A stretch of DNA of 64,000 nucleotides from Balanoglossus misakiensis. Taxonomy: Eukaryota; Animalia; Hemichordata. Made by a program: the position numbers and the translations under genes. Below the pieces are notes generated by a model. The model did not search any database and was not told where the DNA came from. It was given only the letters and a program-made list of their open reading frames with translations. Positions 26,409 through 37,415 of the stretch are shown in pieces (position 1 is the stretch's first letter; the number at the start of each line of letters is the position of its first letter). The DNA lies in the NCBI GenBank assembly GCA_040954595.2, contig CM082589.2:1218009-1282008 (forward strand), written 5' to 3'.

Positions 26409-28254
26409 ATGGCCGCCCCTCTGAAACCATGGGAGAGATCAGGAGTTGGACAAACTCAACAAAACATCGGAAATGAAGCCAGTTCTTTCACCCCAGTGTA
26501 AGTATAGCCTTTTGCTCATTTATGAAACATACCTTGTACGGGTAATAGAAATATACATGATGTAAAATGGGGGAAAGGTGCGACCAATTTTTGCAAGGGT
26601 CAAAGGGCAACTTATATAAGTGAATAAACTTTGTTGGGTGATCTTCCTGTTATTTCCAGACCTGGAGCTCCAGTGAATGCTCGATCAACTACTCTAACTA
26701 CATCAGGTGCACAACCCCCAGCAGTACCACTCAGACCATCACAGACCACAAGCAGCGTTGGTGTCAACAGATATAGCCCATACTCCTCATACAGCAGCCC
26801 CTATTCCTCAGGTCTTGGACTTGGAGGAGGAGGGCTCTATGGGGGAGGGTATAGTGGAGGGTTGTCTGGAGTTGGCTATTCTCCGTACTCGTCAGGATTA
26901 TACGGAAGCAGTATGTATGGAAGTGGCATGTATGGAGGGAGTGGACTATATGGATCAAGTGGAATGTATGGATCAGGTGGAATGTATGGAGGTGGAGGGA
27001 TGTATGGAGGAGGAGGGATGTATGGACAAAATGCAATGGGGAGTCCGAGTCAGTTTGTTCAGCAAGCTGAGAATAGTAGTCGAGCAGCATTCCAATCCAT
27101 TGAGAGCATCGTCCAAGCGTTTGGTTCCGTGAGTATGATGCTGGAATCGACGTTCCATGCTGTGTACAGTTCATTCCGTGCGGTGCTCGGAGTTGCAGAC
27201 CACTTCACCAGACTCAAACAACATTTCATTCACGTGCTGTCTGCATTTGCTCTGGTCAGGACGCTACGGTATCTCTTTCGACGACTGCTTGTGTTGTTAC
27301 GATTACGAGCGGCCAATTTACCTGAGGATGTTTGGAGTGATGCCAGCAGTCAAGTCAAGGCCATTGCTGACAAGACCCCGTCTAATGGACCCAAATCTTG
27401 GCCTATTTTCATGTTTCTTGGTGTTGTCATCGGTACACCATGGTTGATATGGAAACTACTCGGCACAATGGGAGATCAAACACAAGAAGGTGAAATCATT
27501 TTGTAAATAAATTCATCTTGATTTACATCTGTGTTCACAATTAGACTTCACAAACACAAATACCAGTACCAATTTCACCAGCTGGCAGTGTGTAATGATG
27601 TTTTATTTTTCATGGGCAGATGCAAATGGTTGGGCTACTGGTGAGAATGACCACATAGTGGCCAGGGCAGAGTATGATTTTACAGCACAAACTAACGAAG
27701 AAATTTCATTCCGTGCTGGTCTGCTCATCAACATTGCACCAAAAGGTTAGTGTTATTGCAGTCCAAGAATAAGTTTATGAATAGAAACTCGAGTTAAATA
27801 TGTTGCTCTTCTCTCATTCTGATTCTGAGATGCATTTATTTTTCTGATCACAGAAATGCAGCCCAGGGTAAGAGGATGGTTACTGGCAAGCATAGATGGA
27901 AAAATGGGATTGATTCCGGCAAATTATGTCAAAATCCTGGGAAAGAGAAGAGGAAAAAAACAAGTCGCAGTGGAAGAAGAACCAGCTGCCACACAGGAAA
28001 GATCAGTTCTACAACCCATGCAACAGCCTTCCCCATCGCCACAGCAACCAACGCCTGTCGCCCAGTCTCAGCCAATGGATGACACTAGGTCACATGATCT
28101 CATTGACCAATCAGATAGTAGAGCTGCAGATCAGAACAGTTTAGAAAGTGACTTTGCCAGCGATCAGGCACCACCCCCACCTCTTCCTCCTGTGGACAGT
28201 AAAGCAGAGCTAGATAATTTGAAAGAATTTGAAGACACAAGTTTCGGAGATTGA
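26409..28254 (+). CDS. PEX13: Peroxisomal membrane protein PEX13
   Basis: Exons 26409-26497, 26660-27489, 27620-27745, 27854-28254. N-terminal PLKPWE, YG-rich region, FVQQAENSSRAAFQSIESIVQAFGSVSMMLEST, KSWPIFMF, and SH3 domain ARAEYDF..EEISF..GWLLAS..GLIPANYVKILG. Confidence 0.97.
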
Positions 28255-28939
28255 ACCCTTGTACAAATTAGAACGTTAATAAAGGGATAAGGTTTCATTT
28301 TAATGATAATTTACATTTTTCTATGGATGTCATTTAGCAGACAGTGTGGATTTTAAACTTTCCTGAGATCTCCAAAATCTACTGGGTATAATGACCCAAG
28401 ACAAGAGAAGGACAGAACATAAATTGTTTTATTGTTTTATTTATACATAACTTTAGGATAAAGTGACTCAGGATGTACATGCAAATGTGACAAAACAAAT
28501 GAAGTTACTTGAAGTGACCTGACAGTTAATTCTTGAGTTAAAAGGAACATGTTCACCTTAATCTGATAAACACACTACCATGTACCAACCTGTACTAAAC
28601 CTGCTAAATATACACGAAACGCTACACATCAATATTGCACTTCTGGTTTGTTTGTTTGGATATCAAGTGTATCCCATTACACTCTACTGTCTACATTTTT
28701 TTTCTTGACAAGATTCAGATTCACAAATGTTCACATCTTTAAGAGGAAAAAATCACACTTTTTGGTCTTTTCTTACACATTAGAGAAACTTTTTACAAGA
28801 CTCAATAAGATTGTAATACAAGTACATTTGTGTGATGTAACATGAAAGAAATAAAGCAATTATTCTGTAATGTTTATGGTCCCAAAATAAATAAGAAAAT
28901 CACCATTTTAATCTTGTTACATGAACAGTATTGGAGTGA

Positions 28940-31900
28940 CTATATCATTTTCAAACACTGCACATTGAAACCATCGCCATGGTTTTTGTTGACTAGGTCT
29001 AACAAAGCTTGCTTTTTATTCATGCTTCGTGATGATTCTAACTCATAAATCGTACACAAATTGAACAAAACTCCTTCCTGTAAAAATTTAGGGTCTTTAT
29101 GAACTAAATTTTCTATGGTCCTGAGAGCTTCTTTCAGTTTTCCAACATACAGTAGACAAACAGCCATGTTGTTGATAGCCTAGGAGAAAACATAGAAACA
29201 TGTTTTCACAAATGACACACAACAAGACGTATGACTGTAATGGCTTTGCAATAAGCACAAGTACTTTAACATCCATAAACTACTGTCTGATATTTTATGA
29301 CTTACCAACGCATTGTCTGGATCCAATCTGAGTACTTCTTCGAAATTCACACGTGCTTCATCATAGTTACTTTGAGCTAACCAATAAAATCCTCTGAAAA
29401 AATAATCAGACACAGAATGAAGACGTCATTTCGAAGGAGAGCAAATCTCATTTACATGAAAAGGCTAAAAAAGACTCAGCTTCTATGGTAACTTACTTGT
29501 TCATGAAGGTTTGAGCTTTTTCCTTATCGATCTTGGCTAGTTTTTCTACTTCTTGAAAACAGTTCTCTGCAGATTTCAAATCACCAAGTTGTAGATGGAT
29601 CCTTCCCATCCCACTCCATATTGGTATCCCATTCTCTGTGTCTTTTTCAAGCAGGTCTTTGTATACCATACAAGCCTGGTTATAGTCCTATAGCGTAAAT
29701 CACAAATTTTTAACATATCATAACTGTTCTGCACATTAACAAATGATGAAATGATGATGACAGATACAACGAAAGGTAACAGTATAACAGTTCAACAAAC
29801 GAAATCATATATACCTTCATCAATGCCAGACAATTGCCAATAGAATACAGGATTCTAACCAGTCGAGATTTCCAGAGCTCTATTGATCCTGTTGAGGTGA
29901 AAAATATATACAACACTTGTGTTAGAAAATATCACAACTGTTTCACCTGTCAATCTATAAATCAGCTACATCGATTTTAGTTTTATTGTGACCGGTGATT
30001 ACAAACTATGACATAATGACAAGCATATTACCTTTCCTGTTATCGTCTGACATTTCAATGCCACTTCCATCTTCTGCAAGACCGTTTTCTAAATTACTGA
30101 TAATCTGAAAAGAATCGTGAAATTATATATCTTTTAGGGATAGAGCAAATCTTTTTTCCTTGTATGGTCAGCATATTTATTGTCGAAAAAATGAATTGCA
30201 ATTTGACTCACTAAATCTATACCTTAGATGTGATGGCATGTAGATAATACAGTCTATCAATGGTGTCTTGTGGTCTTCCGTTGTACTGGGGCAATTCCGC
30301 ATGCAACATCCGGAATGAAAACGGCACCATGGAACCTGAAACGGACAAGACCAAAGAGGCTAATTAAAATAAATTTGTACATGACACATTGATGACAAGG
30401 TCACTTTAAACAATCAGCAATTATCACACGAAGAATTAGAACTCATACCTCTCTTCCCTGGGTACGTCTCCTGATAAAATTCATAGAATAAATCTGGTTG
30501 ATCCAAATTTCCAAACGCCTCAATTTCTACCTCTGCTGTGCCGAACAAACGTAATTTCATCATGAGAGCTATTCTTGTGCACCAAATCTGAAAACAAAAC
30601 AGTAATGATTGATTTCTTGATGTTCATCATCAACGTATATTGATCGTTTGATTTTCTACACATGGAGTCAAACCACAAGATTCATTATTGAAAACGATGA
30701 TGATGGACTCCGACTGAGCAAAAAACTAAGTGACTTACCTGTAATGTAAGTGGTGTATTTAGAGTTGGTTTACCCAGAGCACCATTACCTTGGTTGAATC
30801 TGTCCAACAAACGTGCTGTTAGATCAACAGCAGATCGGTAACATCCTCCTGCCTGAGAAGGAAAATGAAAATGAAGTGAACAGTCAAGTCAAAAAATTAA
30901 CCGAGAGAGTTGATGGCTCTAAGAGTCTGAAATCAAACTTACAATGAGTTGCTGAAGACCTTCTTCATTTTGACTGACGTTGTCTGCGGTCAACATTTGT
31001 CTCTTATTGCTTTCTTGTTCACCCATGAACTTGTAGACCAAATCTTTGATCGGATCACCCTGGAAATGAAAACAAAACAAAAATTACTCATTCAAATGCA
31101 TATTCAAATGTTATTGCAACTTATTTATATTTGCATATTTGTTTCCATAGCAACTTACCTGGGAATCTTCTACGACAACACCAGGCATTGTATATTGGCT
31201 ACTGTCCAGCAGGACTGAAGATGGAGACATCACCTTGGCAACCAGAATCTGTCGTGTTGATTCTGATGGTATCCATGCATTGTATCGCCTGTCGATGTCG
31301 CTCATTTTGAGCGCTGCTGCAAAGGGGTCTTCATTGTCCAATGAGCTTGAAGATAAGAAAGGGGGACGGGAAGCAATCTGTGGTGATGACACTGGTGGTG
31401 CCTGACTTGTAAAGACGTCATTGATTGGTGGAGTCGTGGGCACTGATGCGTGTCTTGTACGGACTTCGCTGATTGGTGGACTTGTTGCCACTGGAGAATG
31501 ACTTGTAAAGACTTCATTGATTGGTGGAGTGGTTGGGATTGAGTGATGGGAGTCTTTTGAAGTTGGTGACGATGTTTCAACTTGAGAGAATGATCCACTA
31601 CGACGAGCAGTTTCAACTTGTGAGAAGGAACCACTTCGATGTGATGTCACAGAAGCAGTCGAGTCAGTTAAACTATCAACACCACCAGTTGTAAACGAGT
31701 CAAAGAAATTCTTCCCTTCGATATCACCGCTGCTCACATCTTCATCAGCGAAAAACTTCCTCACATTGCTTTCATCGACTTTTTCACTCGGCAGTTCTTG
31801 TTCGGTCAGGCTACACTCAGGACTTCCAACTATCAGAGTTTCAAAACCATCATCAGTTTTGGATTTTGTCTGAATGTCCACAGGTTCTGATGTTTCTGGA

Positions 31901-32502
31901 CTATCTTGTGGTGGTGATAGACCATCAGTGTTTTGTTCTGGCTGAGGTTCAGGATCTTCTAACGGTGCAGGTTGAATGTCGCCTGCTGTATCTTCCTTGA
32001 TTTGTTCACCAACACAAACTCCATCAGCAGCTTGTTCAGTAAGACTCCCAGCTTGTTGGTCAATGTCTGGGAAACTCTCACTTTCTGAAGATGGGGAGAA
32101 AGTCAAGAGGTCCCCTGGCTGATTTTGCTCGATGTCAACCCCCTCCTCTTCATAGTGAATGGTCTGCCCCTCTTGAGTATCGCCCTCTAGGGGCACGTCA
32201 CCTCCACTTTCCTCCTCATCATCTTTTTCCTCATCCTGTTGCTCTGGACTTTCACTCAGATCAACCTCGCTGCCAGCAAATTCTCCCAAATTAAGCTGAC
32301 CAACTGTAACACTCAGATCACCAACACCCAACTGTCCTAACCCCTGCCCTTCACATATTACTGGCACATCGACCAGCTCCGATCCGCCCATCTCCAGGGA
32401 AGCAGTCACAACATCTTCATCGGGTGATCGCTTCTCATCCGCGACTGCACCTTCGAAGTCAATATTTATACTCACATTAGCTTGTGTATCGCCTTGATCC
32501 AT
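28940..32502 (-). CDS. TRAPPC12: Trafficking protein particle complex subunit 12 (TTC15), acidic disordered N-terminus plus TPR region
   Basis: Exons 32502-31159, 31059-30943, 30852-30739, 30587-30449, 30335-30223, 30104-30032, 29888-29815, 29687-29497, 29393-29306, 29179-28940. Motifs [79 protein letters not shown] possible upstream coding mini-exon 32855-32843 (MAST) splices in frame to 32507. Confidence 0.95.
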
Positions 32503-32855
32503 ATTTACTGTGTACTAACTCATCTGCTGGGAGCAGGTGAAGTCTGTAATATGTGATCCCTGTCAACTAACACACGCTTGCCTAGGCTCGGACACTGTGT
32601 GTGCAAAACGTCATCACATTGAGCGTTGTTATCAGATTCGACTTCGGATCCGTTTTCAGATTAGGTTTGGTGTACAAGTGCTGTAGCTGTGTACGTCATG
32701 TTTACATGCCCCGACATATGCGCGTGCAAGATCTACAATAAAGTGAAATTTACAAATGTTTGCATTTATTTTCTAACTGCAGATACACTGGTATCTTTTC
32801 AGTCGAATAGACGGACTTGTAATAGAGAGCTGCTGATCTTACCTGTCGACGCCAT

Positions 32856-32970
32856 GATTCTGATTCCGACGCTAACTCTATTTCACACTTAACTCTGACT
32901 CCATCTACTGATCTACAGCCTGGGATTGTCTGAGAACAATTTAAGAAACACTAGGTTGTGTAAAATAACG
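32856..32970. promoter_or_regulatory. Compact bidirectional promoter between TRAPPC12 (-) and EIPR1 (+)
   Basis: The TRAPPC12 first-exon ATG and donor (32855-32843) and the EIPR1 ATG (32971) are head-to-head and about 115 bp apart. GC-box-like CACGCCCC motifs at about 33049 and 33220. Confidence 0.6.
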
Positions 32971-35900
32971 ATGGAAGACGACGCTCCTGTCATTTATGGC
33001 TTAGAATTTCAGGTAAATTCCACTGTTTCCACTACCGTCAGGAGGTGCCACGCCCCCTTGATATTGAAATAGCATTTTGACTGGACAGTCTGAAGGATCT
33101 TTAAATATAATGATGTGATCTCATATTCCAATTTAGCCACCGTTACCATGGAAAGTAGAGATCTAGCTAGTCATAGATTTTCCCTTGGGTGTCCACCACC
33201 ACCACGTGGTAATTAGGAGACACGCCCCTTTTTGAAATATGATCATTCATGTTTTGCTACTAGTATCACTTGACATTGGCCAATTACAGATGTTCATTTG
33301 GGTGGCCACGTGACAAAAGAAACTCCACATTATAATGTTTTGTTTTGTGCTGCTTTGTTTTTAATAGGCAAGAGCCCTGACTGCACACACAGCGGAAACT
33401 GAAAATATAAGATTCTTTGTTGGAACACAGTCTTTAAAATTTGACAACCAAGTAAGTGTTATATTACACCACTTCAAGGAATCACACATTGAAGAACTTT
33501 ATCATCGAATGTATCAGTTACAGTTTCTTTTTCTACTCCATAAAACATGACCTGATTCAGTGCAAATGCCTTTGTATGCAAGGTCACGCAGGGGTCATGA
33601 AAATGGCCAATTATAACCAAACGTTGTGTTTGCCTGTAGGTTCACCAAATAGATTTTGATGATGAAAGCAACGTTGTCAACAAAAATGTGTATTTACACA
33701 AAGATGGCGAAATCTGGCATATAAGCTGCAGTCCATCAGACAGAAATGTCTTAGCAACATGTTACAATAAAAGTAAGTTCTCCAGTTGTTCTGCTTGTAA
33801 TGGTGCTTTCTTGCAGGTTTTTTAATACCAGTGTGAAGTTCTGTTAAAGATCATATTTACACAGATTTCCTTTTCACCACTGATTCACTGAGCTGTTGTG
33901 TTTCCAGCTTCCGATTCAAAAACAGAGATGAATGCCTCACTGTGGAGAATACCAGTAGATTTCGACAAAGTACAACACAGTGAAGAACAATCAACAGCCC
34001 AGTCACTGGAATTATTATATCACCTTGACAACAATAACTATGGCAACATTGTCAAGTAAGTATCCAGCTATCATACAGATTGTAATTGACTTTTCTGAAT
34101 GTATTTTCAAAGTTTACAAATTTCAATTTAATTTGAGAAAATCCCAAAACTGTTTTTCTTTTCTTATTCTGTAGGTTGCTATGGGAACCACAGGGTGATG
34201 GAAACAAATTAATTTCATTAATGGACAGTCATATAGTATTGTGGGATATAGCAGAAAATACTACAGATGCTAAGGTGAGAACAAGATATCAGATTTAAAC
34301 TGTAAAAGTCTAACAAACTCTGTGTATCTTTCCCAAAAAAGTATTGCGACATCAATTTGTCTGTCTGTCATAATATTTGTCTATCTTTGTCCCTTTTCCC
34401 ACATCTCTTACTGCACCCATAGGTCACCAGTTCTGCAGTGTTGGAGGGCAGAGGTCAACCCAAACTGACATCAGGGACCTGGAACCCTCACCACAATTGC
34501 ACACAGATAGCAACTGCCAATGATACAGCCATAAGAGGATGGGATCTGAGATCTATGAAGTAAGTGTATGGACTAGTTTTTACTTTTAATAATTAACCCT
34601 TTCACCCCCAGTTCACCTAATGTGTATACATTTCTCTGTGTTTCTATTCCAGCCAAGTTTATTGCATAGACAACGCCCACGGTCAGCTTGTGAGAGATCT
34701 TGAATTCAATCCCAATAAACAGTATTATCTCGTCAGTTGTGGAGATGATTGCAAAGTCAAGTTCTGGGACATCAGAAACACCAAAGATAGCTTAAAAGTT
34801 TTAGCTCATCATTCACATTGGTATGTATACATGTGTTCTGATAACTTACCATTCACATTTAAGAATACATCTATAGATGTTCTAACACATTCATTATAGT
34901 ACATTTCCAGTATTATATTATTTTACCATATTCTGTATTACAGGGTGTGGAGTGTACGATACAATCATTTCCATGATCAGTTGGTTCTATCCTCAAGCAG
35001 CGATAGTCGAGTGGTATTATCAAATATCATCTCGCTTTCATCAGAACCATTCAATTATCACGATAATATCAGTGACAATGAAGAGAATGAACCTGAGAGG
35101 TAAATATTCTCCTATCCCTTTTATTTGATCACTAAAACTCTTGTCACACGCAGCAGATATGTTGTATTGGTGTCTGTTTGAAGGTGTATACTGACCGTTC
35201 ACTGATGTAAGTCTAATTCCTCTGCGATCTTCCCATCACTTTACTTTTAGTTCCCTTTATACCAATCCTTTATCAAACCCTGTAATCTTAACATTCTCCA
35301 AGCTCAGTTCATGTCACTGTGGGCAGTTACCATAGTAACAGCTATCATTTCAAGACAGAATCATAAGTATTCTCCGAAATTGTGCTGGGAAATTAACTTT
35401 TAAATTGAGAAAATAATCAGACTAAATCTAAAGCTTATATAAAAATCATGGGTTTAAGGTGTAGCTTCTTGAACTAAAAGGAAGCCTTACCAAATCCGAT
35501 ACAACCACTAAAATTGACATATATTATAAATATTGTCTTTTTATGTTACCTGATTTTCAAACATGACACGTTGAACTTTACTGATGTTTCAAACCTCAGT
35601 TTTTCAAGCATTGTATGTACAACATCAAATTTATAATACAAGAAAGATTTTCTTGGAGAGATTCTGTCTCTGTGTAATGCCCTTGAAATGACAAACTGTT
35701 CTTGGAGAATATCCTTTCCACTTTCTCATTTCATCTTTTCTTTTTCTTTTCCCTTCTAACTTCTGATCTTACTAGTGTTTCTTTTCCTTCCATCTCTGTT
35801 TATGATTACTGGAGTACTAGGCGAAGGTAAGATGTGTTGCAGTGTTCATTTCAATTTCAGCTGCTCCAATCTTCATGGAAGAGAAAAGTCACATAATTTG

Positions 35901-36607
35901 TCATCATTTGTCTCATTTTGTCTCATCAAAGAAGTCACATGTATTATTATGTTCATCTTGTATTGCCAGTCATCACAGCTGTTCTTATACATCATAACTG
36001 CACAGCTAGTGGCCAGACCAGATTGTGTTGTGCGAGTCAGGCATTGTACACTAGTGCTGTGTGCATGCATTGGATTTTCTGGTACTCAGTAAGCGTACAA
36101 GCACTGTTGTTGAATTGGTGTGTGCACTGATCAAGTGGTTTTGTAGTTGTGCATCATTGCATGAATTTATTTCAGTGAATGTTTACCAGCAACATACACA
36201 TACATGTATCTTAAATTGATTCCCAGGGGCATTGGCTAGTCCATGCTGCAATCTTCTGCTTGGCCATGAAAATTGCAAGTCAAACATTCTGTATTTTTTT
36301 CCTGAGTTGTTTTAACCATGCTTTTGTTTTCTCTCTCTTCCTCTGATGATTATATTATATGGGAAAACTCTAGATGTTATGTTTCGTCCAAATGTACCAT
36401 GATTGACTTGGTTTAATTGTCGATGATTTCAGATCGACAGAGCCAAAAGAGGATGGCGTGATAGCAACATACGAAGAACACGAAGACAGTGTTTATGCTG
36501 CAGAGTGGTCAGTGGCTGATCCGTGGTTGTTTGCTTCTCTGAGTTACGATGGAAGACTTGTCATCAACCATGTACCAAGAGCTGAAAAATATAAAATATT
36601 ATTATAA
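32971..36607 (+). CDS. EIPR1: EARP/GARP complex-interacting protein 1 (TSSC1), WD40 repeat protein
   Basis: Exons 32971-33012, 33368-33451, 33640-33772, 33908-34055, 34175-34274, 34423-34559, 34653-34820, 34944-35099, 36433-36607. Motifs [102 protein letters not shown]. Confidence 0.97.
35821..35826 (+). other. Candidate 6-nt microexon (GCGAAG) in the last EIPR1 intron
   Basis: tactAG|GCGAAG|GTAAGA. Long upstream pyrimidine tract with a TTCTAAC branch-point-like site. Frame-preserving in a phase-2 intron. Confidence 0.55.
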
Positions 36608-37396
36608 CAACATGTAGCAGATAATGGGGAAGGTATGCTATGACATCACATATAATATAAAAACTTGAGGTTTCACGTACACACGTCCCACTAGGAGAGT
36701 GTATGATCTGGTCAATTTTGTATGGATAGCATCATCACTCACACTGCTTCATTTTCTCTTTTGGACAGGTGCAATTTTTAACAGACATGGAGACCTCGAC
36801 ATAGTGTGTATCACAGGGAAAGTCCTGTATCTGTTCCCATGACTCATAGAAGGTTCCTTATACAAGTCTTGTATTACAGCTGTCACAGATTTTTGATATC
36901 CCAGGAGAGTTCTATGAATTTGATGTGAAGTCCGGGCTTACCCCCTCAACACCATGTCAGCTTGTCGTCAGCTGTCAAAAACAAGGTGTCTTCAAAACAG
37001 TTTAGTCCACTGAGTCCCCATTACATGACAGTAGTATAATATCACCATGACACTAGCAATTTAGACCCAGTGTCATAAAACTGTTTCCTGTGCCATATGG
37101 TTCTATAATAGTATAATATGGTGCCATAAAAGTTCTAATAGTGAAGCTAGGGGGAAAGTAATGGTAACCATATGGTCTCTGTATAGTTCTTTATTCACTC
37201 AGTATTCAACAAGGTATAATGATATACATGTAGTTATTTTCTCATCATTTGATGTTTTTGAGGCATTGAACTTTAATTTTTGTGGAGCTAGTTGGCTGAC
37301 AATGTATATATCAATATTTCTCACGAATTAAAGTCTTCAATTAAAAATTACAGTTTTTGTCATGTTTTAACCTTGTTGTCCCTGCTTTGGATAGTA

Positions 37397-37415
37397 CCCC
37401 CCCCCCCCCCCCCCC
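37397..37415. repeat. Poly-C homopolymer (about 19 nt)
   Basis: Run of C downstream of the EIPR1 3' UTR. Confidence 0.8.

Noticed and set aside
26707-27174. Overlapping alternative-frame and antisense ORFs in PEX13 exon 2
   Set aside because: By-products of Gly/Tyr repeat codons.
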